Below, piece by piece: positions 38,231-50,591 of a stretch of DNA of 64,000 nt. The position numbers were made by a program, and so were the translations under genes. Source of the DNA: the human T2T-CHM13v2.0 reference genome, Homo sapiens; NCBI RefSeq assembly GCF_009914755.1, contig NC_060932.1; one strand, written 5' to 3'. Under the pieces are notes generated by a model, which ran no database searches, was not told the origin of the DNA, and saw nothing but the letters and a program-made list of their open reading frames with translations. Position 1 is the stretch's first letter; each line of letters starts with the position of its first letter.

Positions 38231-41200
38231 AAGCATACTTCAGTAAGGATCTCAAAATTTACATTCTAGACCCTCATATTAGGAAAAAGGCGTAAGAGTT
38301 CAAAGTTGACCTGAAAAGCCATAGCCCATGAATGCCAATCAAGGCCTCCTTGGCTGAGATTTTGAGGACCAAAGGAGGGAAAGGAAGCTCTTAGGGGCTG
38401 GGGTGTTCCCTTCTTGGAAGCACCCAAAGGCTTCTCTCTGTCAAAGCCACAACTCACCGATACATGTGTGATACTTCCCAGGCTGCAAGCACATTTCTTT
38501 CCTCGATGGGTTCTTACAAGCACCCTAAGAAGGACGGGGAGAAGCAGCACCGTTTACAGGTGAGGTCACAAGGAACTTAGCACAGGGCTTGCCACATCAT
38601 TGGGACTCAATTCTTATTTGTCAAATGAATTACTGAATGACTAGATATTTGGATGGATGGATGGATGGATGCATTTCTGGAGGGATGGCTGAGTGACAGG
38701 AGAGTGGACTTGTGCTTCCGTGTCGGGATGCACAGACGGTGTCGGCTTCCTACACTGAAATCATATGAACTCTGGCCAAGCCCTGGCTCCACTGAGAGCC
38801 TGAACTCAACTCCCAAGACCATTATTTGAAGTCCCCTCATCCTATGCCTGCCCTGTAAGTCCCCATGCTCCACGGAGTCAGGGCAGAAGCAAGCACTTCA
38901 CAGACAGGGAAAGGGGACTGGGCCTTGGGTGGGTGGGGATGAGGCCACCATCTCCTGTCCTCTGCTCTGACAGGTCCCGCTGTTCCTTGGAGAGGCCTGC
39001 CATTCCTTCCTGGGGGAAGAGTGCCCTATCCCTTCTCTCCAGTGGATTATCAGTGGCGGTTCCTCCACTATTTATAGCCTGCCGCCTCTCTGCCCCACTC
39101 TGGCCCGGCTGGGAAGTGAGCACCACAACCTCTGATCGGATTTCTCTTTTCTGGGTTTGAGCTTACACGGAAGTACAGCATCCTCAGAGGCCACAGCTTC
39201 TGAGCCTCACGGGTGCCTGATCAATGCTCCTACTTTTAGCTGAAGGTTGGAACCAATTAACCGTGTTAGCCTCTGCCTCTGAGGGCTGTGTCTGCAGGTG
39301 TGGCTGGGGCCTGCCAGGGTTACGGCCCTGCAGCCTCAGCTCACCATGTCTTGGCGGTCAGAGCCAGCTGCCACACTGCTCACACCACCTCTAGGTGGAA
39401 ACTGGGGCCCAGACCTGGGCCTGGGTACAGCTGGAATGTCACCTGCGCGTTCTAGCAGCCTGTTCCTGAGTCCTGCCTCCTGTGCCTGTGGCCAGGCTGC
39501 CCTGTCTCCATCCCCAGAGGAGGCAGCCCAGCAGCCCACCTCCCTCCAGCCAGTCACAGCTCTGAAGAGGTGGGATGGAGGAAGAATAGTTACAATGGGT
39601 GGTCCCGAAGTCCAGAGGCGAAGGGTTCAGCTCCCCTGTTCTTGTGTCTTTACCAGGGGATGGAGGCTTCCCTGGGTGAATGTGAAGTGTCTGCCCATTC
39701 ACAGTCTCCTCACTCATCTTTGGTGAAGATCTTAGAAAGCAAGTCAGAGAGGAGAGGGAGGGTGGGTCAGTGCCAAGCAATTCACATTGGCTTTTGGCCC
39801 CATGCTAGACCCTCTGAGGGGTGAAGGGATAGGAAAGTGAGTGAAACATGTTGGTCTTTTACGGGCCCCAGGCCATGGAGATGACAGCCACACTTAGATC
39901 TCAGTGATGCATGGCAGACTCTATTCTCTAACAGGACTCCAAAAGTGCCACCAGGAAGAAGGAGTGAAATTTTAACTGGGGGAGTGGGTGAGGGGGCCTG
40001 AGGATGAAGGCTGAGCTTGAGGAAGTGAACACGGAGCTAGGGTGGCCCAGGCAGAGGGTCATCTCCAGATGAGCATGGTGGCAGGAGAGACAGAGCACCT
40101 TTGGGAAGCAGGAAGTGGTCTGCTGAGGGTATGGCATGCAGAGTGGGACAGGAGTTCTTAGGGGCAGCAAGGCAGGTCGCTAGGTAGAAAGGAGGCTGAG
40201 GCCAGGGAAAGGAGTTTGGGTCTTCTTTTTTGGCAATGGGGAGCTATTGATGGTTTGGGGCAGGAGCTTAATGGACCATGTTTCAGGAAGAATCTTTTGG
40301 TGTTCTGTGTGTTCATGTGTGTGTGTAAAACTTTGCTGAGAAAGACAACATTTCACAAATAAGGATCCATCCCTCCCAAGTGCATTCTCAAAGATGGCCT
40401 AGAAGAATGGAAAATCTTGGTATTACCTGTAGTTTCTCCTGGGGACACCAAAAACTTCTTTGGTAGTTTTCAGCTCTTGCCTTCATGTCCTTTGTCCTCC
40501 TCTCCCTGGGGACCCCCATATTATGGAGGGAAGTGCTAGCCTGGAGGCCCGGTGGTGGAGGTATCTGTCATCTGGCCTCCCTCTCTTGCCATCGCTCCCT
40601 TCCTGAGTTTGTGCAGGGGAGGAAGGCGCTGGGATGCTGCCTGTCAAATATCTCTGCAGGTGAGGAGCTGTGCACAGCATTCATCTCAGGAGCAATTTAG
40701 ACCTCCAGGTCTCATCAGGAAGGAGGGGTATGAACCGGGCTTCTTGAGGTCGCTATGGTAACCAGTTACAGTCTTAGCTGATGGCAGGGAGGGAGTTGGG
40801 AGTCAGGGGCTGAGTCACCCTGAGGGGGAGGCTGTCCCTGGGTGGGTGGGGGGGATTCAGGTCAGACAGAGGGAGGGGCTGCTGACAGCAGCGTAACCCT
40901 TTGACATCCAGAGCTGCTCCTGAAGGAGGGCTGTCTAACTCGGGGATTGTCACATGTGTATAGGTTTGAAGTCCACGCCCAGAGGACCGGGGTTGTGCAC
41001 CTTTGTCATTTCAGGTGCCTGGGGACAGGTATAACAGAGGAGATGGGAACAGGAGAAATAGATGGGCTCTCAGAATCCCTCTCAACCTGGCCTCAGCCAG
41101 CTTTCCTCCTCTCTGAGCACAAGCTACACCCCAGCACCCACTGTCATCTCAGGATCCGGGGATCCAGCCCCACAAAACTGCTTCCTGGCCCAGGAGGAAC

Positions 41201-41734
41201 CAGGCCCTCTATTCCTATGGGCACCTACTGGTGCCTCTGACTGATGTGGTTTTTCTTCTTCTGGGAACCTCAGCCCGTCCTCAGGACCCAGGTCAAATGC
41301 CTGCCCCTCTCGTGTTTCCCAGCACCCCTCCCTGCCCTCTCCCAGGGCACTGCCACATGGATCAAGTGAGGCTCTGTGTGGGTGTCTCTGATGCCCACCA
41401 TAATGTCAGCCCCTCTCGAGCAGGCCCAGGGTCTCTGAGTGCCGGAACCCAGCCACAGGCAGCTGCAACAGGCTCAGCAGATGCTTGAAAGAATGAACAA
41501 ATGTCGTGTTACTTGCAGGCAACCTTGCAGCCCTGGAGCTGCGCTCAAACTGCCTGCAGCCAGCACTTGAGTTTCCAGGCTAAGCTGCCGTTGTGGTTAG
41601 TTCCAGGGATTTAAAGCACTTTACAGTTTGCCCGGCGTAAGCAGCTGAAAACCTGCAGCTTCGTGTCTATTGAGGAGGTTGCCAAAGCCTGGGTACTGTC
41701 CTGGCCAGCCTGGGGTCCGGGTTGTCCCTTCAGG

Positions 41735-42090
41735 ACATATACCTATATCTATACGCATATCCATCCATCTACCTCCTATCTACCCACTGCCTACCTATCT
41801 GTGGCCTATCTATACGTGTTACAATGTTATATATCATCTCTATCTATCTCTGTCATCTATATGTATCTATCATCTATGCCTTTTTATCATCTATAACTAT
41901 CATCTTTATCCAACCATCTATCATCCACATCGTATCAATCATCCATCTGTCTATGATCTATCCATATGTATCTATCCATATGTATGCAAATCTCTACCAT
42001 CTACATCTTTCATCTTATCAGTCTATCTAATCTATCCGTCTAATCTCTATCTAATCTCTCTAATCTATCTCTAACCTGTCTGTCTATCTA
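41735..42090. repeat. Degenerate (TATC/CATC)n tetranucleotide tract abutting the CpG island
   Basis: About 350 bp of ATCT/CCAT/TCTA variants. Confidence 0.9.
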
Positions 42091-42189
42091 AAGGAAAGGT
42101 GACTTGCTCGCTGAAGATCTGGGTGGTGGAGGGTCTCCGAGGAGGTGAAATTGAGGAGGGAACTGGAAAAACAGAAGAGGAGAGGCCTT

Positions 42190-43480
42190 TTGGGCTCGGC
42201 TGGCCCGAGAGAGAAGAGTGGTGGGGGAGCAAGGACGCGCCGGCTCAGAGCGGGGCAAGGAGGGGTTGGGGAGCAAGCGCAGGCCAGGACGCTCCCCAGT
42301 GCTGGCCGCGGAGGCAGAGGCGGAGGCGGGGCCGGGGGCCTGGGGCGTCGTCATCCGTGGCAGTGACGAGGAGGCGGGGCCTTGGAACGCCCCCTACCGA
42401 GGGCCCGCGCTGCAGCCAGCCGGAGGGCGGCGCTGTCGGGGCGCGGACGGGGACTTCCGGGTGGCAGCCAGGCAGGGATGGTGGGAGGGAAGGCGTGGGC
42501 GAAGGCGCTACCCGCTTTGAAGCAGAGGGCTCAGGATCTAGCTTGTTGTCTGCGCCTCGAGAGACCCCGCCCCCAGACCTGCGCTACTCCCGCTGCGTCC
42601 GGTGGCACTAGGACCCCGAGTCCCCGGCGTCCCCGCGGCGCACACTCCCCCAGGGTCCTCAGCACCGCACGCCAAGTCGCCCGCAGCCGTCGCGCTGCCT
42701 CGCGGCGCGGAGCCCAGACCCTCCCCATCCAGGGCGCGGGGCAGAGGGACGCAGAGGCCCCCGGCCAACCTCCGCGTCAGGGTGCGGGGAGGAAGGTCCC
42801 GCCCGGGGACGGGGCTTTTAGTCCAGCTGGCCGCCCTCTCCCACCGTCGGGCTGTGCCAGGGGAGCTGCACCCCCACGGTGGGATGCGAGGGGGCCACAG
42901 AGCGGAGCGCCGCGGGGAAGGACTGGCGAGCTCGGGGCTTGTGGGGGCGCAGTGGAAGGGGGCAGGGATCGCCGACGGTGCGGGGCGTTACCGGGGGTCT
43001 GCTGACCAAACCGAGCCGGATCGTCTGAGCCCTGCTGCCCGCCCTCATGGAGCCCGCCTGCAGCCGAGTCCGCAGGAGTCGGGACTTGGACAGAGGCGTG
43101 GGTCTGAGCTGGCACCGCCGCCCACCTTTGGGGCGCCTCGGGCACAGCACTTCCCCGGCGAGCCTCAGCGTCCTCCGCGGACTGCTCTAGATACGCCGAG
43201 CCCACCCTCAATTCCTCTCGGTTTCCCTCCTTCCCCTCCCACTTCTCACCTTAATCTCACTCCCTTCCTGTCTTACCCCGAGCCCGCCCCCGGCTTTCTC
43301 TGCTCCCTCGCTCCTTCTGGTTCTGAGCTCAACCAGTCTTTGGAGGGCCTGGGGGGCGCTGGGTCCCGAACGCAGCCAGCCCCGCTTCTTGCCTGAGGCC
43401 GGAGAAGCCCAGAGCCCCCTGGCTTCAGACACTCATCCCCTCGGTCAGACCTGGCCGGCTTTCTCTGCCAGCGTCCCCCT
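42190..43480. promoter_or_regulatory. CpG island; probable promoter and first-exon region
   Basis: Only extended GC-rich, CpG-retaining region in the window. GC boxes GGAGGCGGGGCC x2, CGTCA/TGACG half-CREs, ETS ACTTCCGG (42453-42460), and minus-strand donors at 42992, 43250 and 43277. Confidence 0.9.
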
Positions 43481-44157
43481 CTCCTCCCTCTTCCCCTAAC
43501 TCTCTTCAGAGTCCCTCCCCGAGGTGGGGGTGGGGGGTGGTTTCTAGCAGATGTGGGAGTTCCGGGCAAAGAAGCCTCCAGTGCGTTTAGACACGTCCTT
43601 GTTGCTATAAATATTCTCCTTCCCCTAAACCTTTCCTAAATAATCTCAAAAATCTGGACCGAAAAAAAAAATTAATCCCTCTTTCCAGAGAGTTGGGCAT
43701 CCCGGATGTGCTCAGAAGAGTAAAAATAAAAGTGCAGCATGAGAGGATTTCAGAGCAATGCTAAGGAAGTTGAAATTGGAACTAAAAGAATTTGGGTTAC
43801 TTAAAAAAAAAAAAAAAGTGCAGCTCACAGCATTTCCCGAGTGAACACGGCCAGATGCAGGGCACCCATATCACGCGATCAGAGGCGCCCCCAAGCGCCT
43901 CCTCCCAACCCAGGTCCCGGCTTCCCTGATCGTAGATGAGTTTTGTCTGTTCTGGGAATCTGAGGGAACAGAATCATCAGTCCCTGTCCTCTCACGTCTG
44001 CTTCTTCGGCTCAGCATCTTGTTGGCAAGTTCCATCTGCGTTTTGCCTGTGGCTGAAGATGATTTGGAATTTGGATAACCTTCTGATGAAGACATAGCTT
44101 TTCTCTCTGAGACAGTGGAGGGGCAGCAGTGTGGGTCCATCTTGTCTTGGATTCATG

Positions 44158-44240
44158 TTTTTCATTATTAATTTTGGATTCAGGGGGTACGCGTGCAGGT
44201 TTGTTACATGGGTATGTTGCGGGATGCTGAGGTTTGGGGA
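44158..44240 (-). mobile_element. Very short L1PA15/16-like 3' end
   Basis: TTTTGGATTCAGGGGGTACGCGTGCAGGTTTGTTACATGGGTATGTTGCGGGATGCTGAGGTTTGGG. Confidence 0.8.
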
Positions 44241-45759
44241 CCCGGAGGTCCCAAAAGGGCTTTTTCTCACGGTCTTCTGGGTCTTATGACTAACAGAGGA
44301 TCCACGCTGCTACCCATGAGGCAAAGGCTTTGCCCCATATCTGTGTTGAGTGATCCTCAATCATGGGACCTACATTTTGTTAGCAAATTGCCTTTCCTTT
44401 CCCCCAGGGAAGACTTTGAGCTGAGACTAAACCTGGGAAGGTGCTGCTGAAAAGCTGTTGGGGGAACCTGCCTGCACCTCCTGGCCTCCAGGAGGGAACC
44501 CATAGGAAAGGGGAGGCTCCAACCTTACTGGAAGTGTTTGCAGGGCCTGTTGTGTAATTAGTGTCCTTGGGGAGCCCGCAGGGGGTTTTCCTGCCTTTAC
44601 GGAAGGATCATTCACAGGCCAGCACAGGTTAATAGTTTTCCTTTAGAAACTTTCCTTTTGTGGTTGGTCCTGTGCCTGCTTTTGAAAATCTGGTCATTTT
44701 TAAAACAGTTTTTCCAGAAGGGGCGCTAAGGGCCGCTACACTCCTTTGGAGTCTTTTCTTCCTCACACTTAATAAAGATTGAGATTACATAGGGAGGATG
44801 AATGCTTAGGGGCTCTGAAAATATGGATTATGCAAATGAGCTATTTAAGGACCTTTAAAAATGCTGACCCGGTACCAGAGTATTTACTGGCTGTTAAAAA
44901 ATGTGGATTGTCTAAATGGGCATTTGGGGACCTTTAAACACAGATTATGATGGATCTAGAGAGCCTAACAAATCCCTTCTGGCCCGTTAGGCCTGTCTGC
45001 CGTGCGAGTAAAGGCACGTTTGGACAAAGCTGACTTTTTAACGCAGTGACTGGGAATGGATTTGGGTCTGTCCTGCGGGCCTGGATGTTGGTGGCTTCAC
45101 AGGGACCCTCCCATGAGGGGCTCCGGTACAGGTGGGCTGGAAGGCAGGGCCGTGGTCAGGATGACTCAAGAGGTCCCAGGACTTCACACAGCAAATTCCT
45201 TCTGTGTAAGGAACCCTGCTGAAGTAGGTTTTGACTTTTGTTTAATTCATTCTGCCAAACATGGGTGGGGAATTGGTATAAACATGAAGGTGCTGGTTTC
45301 CAAACCAGCTAGGGGAGGCCCTCCCATCCCCGCTAATTCTAGGAGCACTCAATTAATGGATGGGGACATTCCCACCAGCAACACAGATCCGGGGCCAGAT
45401 CTAGGCACTGCAATTTTTAAAAAGGGGGCGTATTATATTATGTGTCTCAATGAATTTGTGGCAACAAATTGCTGGTACAAAGACAGTTAAGTCCTTTGCC
45501 ATCTGGAACCCACCTCTGCCAGGCTGACCCAGACAGAGTCCCTAGAGGCAGCTGGGGAAACCTAACACATATCTCAAATAAACATGAGAGCCGGCATCCT
45601 GAAGCTTCACCTCTGTGGCCCTCAGGGTTCATGTTCTTAGATCTCACTTTGTGATGGGCTAAAGTAAACCTTCCTCCTGTCTCTCCTCTCCTCTCCTTAA
45701 AGGAGAAACCTTTAGAAAACCACATGGTGGTGAAGGTCAGCCTCCTCAGCCTCATCTTA

Positions 45760-46000
45760 GAGACCATGGGCAAGTCCTTCAACCTGTCCAAGCCATGGTG
45801 CCCTTGTCTGTACAATGAAGATATAGATGGTATCTGCTCTTAGGGTCACTATGAGGATTAAATGCCTCATGGTGTTAAGGGCTTAATACATGTTAGCTTG
45901 GAAACTCCTGTTCTCATCTGAGCTTGGCACCCAACCTGCTGTGTGACCTTGGGAAATTCACTTCCCCTCCCTGGGCCTCGTTTCATCTTCAAGCCGAAGG
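45760..46000 (+). mobile_element. MIR fragments
   Basis: GGGCAAGTCCTTCAACCTG..TGAGGATTAAATG; GCTGTGTGACCTTGGGAAATTCACTTCCCCTCCCTGGGCCTC. Confidence 0.65.
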
Positions 46001-46549
46001 ATAAGGCATGTCTACAGGCAAATATCTTGTTAGAGCTCTCATGACTCTTACATGCCAAGATACTACAACTTGGCAAGACACCACCTTTTTCCTTGGGGTA
46101 TCTGGGATGTCAGCAAGGCATTGGACGAAAAGTGTCCTGAAAGTGCAGAAGCTTGTTAGAATGGAGTTGCATTTATTATGGCCATTGATTAGACATGGCC
46201 TGACATGGGATAAAATGTATTAGTTTGTGGCAGTTAATGAGCTGTTAGTGTACTTCTGGATGTGTTACATCGGGGCCAGGATGAATCCAAAGAAAAGATT
46301 AAAACAAGATTAGCCCAGAAAAAAGGAGGGGATGCAGATTGGAGGAAAAGGAGAGGACAGTGGAGGGGGCCTGCAAGCTAGGGGGAGGTGAGGGGGGCAC
46401 TTTTTCTATAGTTTACATTTCCCAGCTCTTTTCCTCCCCCATGGTACTGGAAATGTCTGGGTAGACTAGGGATGTAGCCAGGGACTGCTGTCGATGGTGA
46501 TGGTGATGGTGATGATAATAGCAGCCGTAACAACTACACTCACAATGAT

Positions 46550-46710
46550 AGATACTAACAGTTATTGAACTCCTGCCACATGCAAATGGTGTTATGAACA
46601 CTTTACATGTATTAACTCATTCAGTTTTTCTTAAGATATAGGTGCTGTCATTATCCCCATTTTACAAATAAGAAATGGAGAGCCAGAAAGGTTAGGTAAC
46701 TTGCCAGGTT
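46550..46710 (-). mobile_element. MIR
   Basis: ATTATCCCCATTTTACAAATAAGAAATGGAG..AGGTTAGGTAACTTGCC. Confidence 0.8.
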
Positions 46711-46799
46711 AAATTTATCTGCATAGCAGTTCCCTAGCAGCTGAGGTCCCAAAGGGGCTTGGGGGTTCATTACTGCCCCTTCTGTCCCCATGCTGGCTG

Positions 46800-47540
46800 T
46801 CAGGGCTGGGGAGTGGGGTGGGGTCCTGTGACCTGAATGACAGATGAGTGGTAGCTTCTGCAGTGCTGGCCCTGGGCACAGTTGAGGTAGGCGGACTCCT
46901 CCATCTGCTTAGATGGGGACTGCGAGGCCCTGCCTGTTGTGTCCCAAATTCTCCTCTTCAGAGTCCTTAGTGGGGCTGAGAATAGCTCAGGGCTCCTGTC
47001 ACAGACATGTGGACACCCCACCTGTGGAAGCATTTTGGCTCATTTGTTCCCTGCCACCTCCTGCACCATCTCCAAGCTTGTGGCTTCCAGCAGGTGCACA
47101 CCTGAGCTGCCACACTGCACTGGCCTCCCTCCCTCATGCTATCCCCCTCCCCAGTGCCATGTGCTGCCCTGCAGTGGACCCAGAAGCAAGTCCCAGCTCT
47201 TAGCTCAATGGCTTCTGCCTGAAATATTCTTCTCCTGTCACTCCCACAACCAGTTCCCTTCCTCCTTCAGCTCTTTACTCAAACATCTTTTGAGGCCTTC
47301 CCGCATCGCAGCCTCTGTCCCCAGGCATTCCCTGTCCCTTTCCCTGCTCTATCCTTCTCTGCAACACTTATTGCCATCTCTATTACTTACCTATTTGTTT
47401 GCTGTCTCTTTCGTGTTAGATTAAGTTCCACATAGCCAGAGGTTTTTGTCCTGTTTCTTCTCTGCTGTTTTCTTAGTGTCTGGAATAGACGTGGCACTTA
47501 GAAGAAACTCTGTAAATATTTGTTGAATGAATGAATGAAC
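46800..47540 (+). mobile_element. L2 3' region
   Basis: Ends GTGTCTGGAATAGACGTGGCACTTAG..AAATATTTGTTGAATGAATGAATGAA (L2a tail). Confidence 0.8.
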
Positions 47541-47834
47541 AAATAAAAAATGAAGGAAAATGTTCAGGACCCTCCTCAGCCTGGTGCTCACCTGCTTTCC
47601 AGCCTCGTCCGCTGTGTACCTGTACCCTTCTGGTGACAGCCTATCCACTCTGTCACTGCAGAGCAGGATGCCACCTCCCCCGGGAAGCCTTGCTGGCCAC
47701 CCCAAGAAGGGCTTCCTTTCTGGTGGTTCCTGTGCCTCTCCTGCGTGCTGTGTGATGGCACTGATGTCACTGTATTGTTGAAATGCTTGTTTCTGTGCTA
47801 GTCCATTCCTGTAGGTGGGGACTCCTTGAAGCAG

Positions 47835-48060
47835 GGACAGTGATGTAGGGAAAGGAGCATGAGTTTGGAGCCAAGTTCAAATCCCAGCTCTGCTGATGAC
47901 TGCTGTAGGACTTCAGGCAAGTTACTGAGCTGGCCCAAGCCTCAGCTTTCTCATCTGTTAAACAGGGATAATAATAATCTTGACTGATTGGGTTGCTGAG
48001 AGATGCGGAGACAATGTATACAGTGTGCTCAGCAAAATACCTGGCATAGAGAAGGCGGTC
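47835..48060 (+). mobile_element. MIR
   Basis: GTTCAAATCCCAGCTCTGC..GCCTCAGCTTTCTCATCTGTTAAACAGGGATAATAATA. Confidence 0.8.
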
Positions 48061-48655
48061 CTGGCCCTGGGCACAGTTGACATAACCAGCGGTCACATGA
48101 GTGAAAAGGAGACACATCACTCAAGCCAGTCTTCAGCCCCACTCATACCACGACTGTGGTGGGGAGCTCCGTTCTTTGCCTCTTGTGACTTCCTGGTTTA
48201 ACTTTGTGTCAATGTCATGACAGGAAAAAAAAAAAAGGTGGGGAGGGGCCACTGTTTTAGAAAAAAAGGTAGTAAAGAAGACTGTCAATGAAATGGAAAG
48301 CACGAATCTTGGAACTGGGGGAAAAGTTGTTTTAAAGCTATAAAAATCATTTTGTGGAAAATTACGAAATGTTGAATATTGACTGGTTGTTATTTGTTAT
48401 TATAATAAATCAAAGATAGATTTCTTGGTTGGGATTTTAAAAACAAATGTCTGATGAGTGTCAGTTGTGTGCTAGGCATTGTGCTAGGGCATTGTGCCTG
48501 TGTTGCATTACTCAGTAGTCACACCAACCCATGAGGCAGGTACTGTTGTCTCATTTTATAAACAAGAAAATGAGGCTTAGAGAAGGGAAGTCATTTGCCC
48601 AAAGTCATACCACTAATAAGTGCCTGGGACCAGTTTTTACTATTACTATTATTAT

Positions 48656-49045
48656 TGGTATGGTTTGGATTTGTGTTCCTGCCCAATTCTCATGTCAAAT
48701 TGTAATTCCCAATGTTGGAAGAGGGGCCCGGTGGGAGGTTATTGGATCATGGGGGTGGACTTCCCCCTTGCCAGTCTTGTGATAGCAAGTGAGTTCTCAT
48801 GAAATCTGGTTGTTTGAAAGTGTGTAGCACCTCCTGCTTCTCTCTCTTCCTCCTGTTGTGGCCATATAAGAGATGACTACTTCCTTTCACCTTTCACCTT
48901 CCACCATGATTGTAAGCTTCCTGAGGGCTCCTCAGCCTTGCTTCCTGTACAGTCTGCAGAACCAAGAGCCAATTAAACCTCTCTTCTTTATAAATTACCC
49001 ATTCTCAGGTAGTTCTTTATAGCAATGTGAGAACAGACTAATACA
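48656..49045 (+). mobile_element. MST (MSTA/B-like) MaLR solo LTR
   Basis: TGGTATGGTTTGG..GGTGGGAGGTTATTGGATCATGGGGG..GAACAGACTAATACA; exact 5-bp TSD ATTAT (48651-48655 / 49046-49050). Confidence 0.92.
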
Positions 49046-49050
49046 ATTAT

Positions 49051-49405
49051 TTTATTTTTGATAAACACTTTAATTTAGAACAGTTTTAGATTTATAGAAT
49101 TGTTACAAAGGTGTTACAGAGAGTTCCCCTACACTCCATACCATTTCCACTCTTAATACTTCACATTAGTGGGGAACATTTGTCAATGATTAATGAAGTA
49201 ATATTGATACATTAGTGTTAATTAAAGTCCATGCTTTATTCAGATTTCCTTAGTTTTCCCTGATGTCCTTTCTTCTGTGCCAGAACACCTTCCAGGATGC
49301 CATCATGTCTCCACAGACTCCTCTAGATTCTGGTAGTTTCTCAGACTTTTCTTGTTTTTGATAAGCTTGACAGTTTTGAGTGCTGGTTAGACATTTTACA
49401 GAAGA
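49051..49405 (-). mobile_element. L1MC/MD-type 3' end
   Basis: TTAGAACAGTTTTAGATTTATAGAA..TAAAGTCCATGCTTTATTCAGATTTCCTTAGTTTT. Confidence 0.8.
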
Positions 49406-49476
49406 TCTGGGACCAGTTTTGAACCCAAATTTGTCTTAGTTCTAAGCTCATGCTATCTCCATCAAACCTATAACTA

Positions 49477-49803
<327 letters not shown>

Positions 49804-50299
49804 TGAGAGGGCGAAAGAGACATGCACCACTTACACACACGGAACTTGATTGATTGATTGATTGACTATGGAATGATTAGCTAAAGATCAAGAAGCTCCA
49901 GAACAGGACCTCCCACCCCCCTCCCCACACAGCTGCTGACTACCCAGGAGAGGTGTAATTTGGGGCCTGGCTTTTTGTCTGTGGTAACAACACCCCTATA
50001 TGCCACTTTAGACAACAATCTAAAAGGAAAGGATCCTTCAGGTCCTTGCTCTTTCTGAGTTGGAAGACCTTTGTGCATGTCAAGAGATTTCCCTCAGCCT
50101 TGGTAGAGGGTGATGGGACCCAGGCTGTAAGAGCCCTAGCAAGCTACAGTGGTTGCAGGGCCTCATGCTCCTTGGGCGGGGGGGCCTGCAACCAATGGCA
50201 TTCAGTGATATGAGCGCTTGACCGTGGCTCCATCAGGGCTCCTGGAAGCACTCAGCCCAGACATGTGTCCACCGGTGAACCCTTTGGAAAGTCTGGGGA

Positions 50300-50591
50300 G
50301 GCCGGGGTGGTGGTTCACACCTGTAATCCCAGCACTTTGGGAGGGCGAGGCAGGTGGATCATTTGAACCCAAGAGTTTGAGCCCAACCTGGGTAATGGGG
50401 TCGTATGTACTAAAAAAAGAAAAAATTAGCCAGGCATGGTGGCATGCACCTGTGGTCCCAGCTACTTAGGAGCCTGAAATGGGAGGATGGCTTAAGCCCA
50501 GGAGTTGCAGGTTGCAGTGAGCAAAGATTGTGCCTCTGCGTTCCAGGCTGGGTGACAAAGCGAGACCCTGTCAAAAAAAAAAAAAAAAAAA
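50300..50591 (+). mobile_element. AluJ-like
   Basis: Full dimer; TSD AAAGTCTGGGGA / AAAGCCTGGGGA. Confidence 0.93.

Noticed and set aside
42099-43569. Long overlapping ORFs (170-264 aa) in the CpG island
   Set aside because: Open in several frames on both strands because stops are rare at high GC; Pro/Gly/Arg/Ala-rich with no recognisable domain.
43871-44270. Minus-strand ORFs beside the island as a coding first exon
   Set aside because: Only a weak donor (GAC|GTGAGA), one frame runs through an L1 fragment, and neither peptide is recognisable.
44713-44727. TCCAGAAGGGGCGCT as a CTCF site
   Set aside because: One base short in the G-run, so the 5' half does not align with the core.
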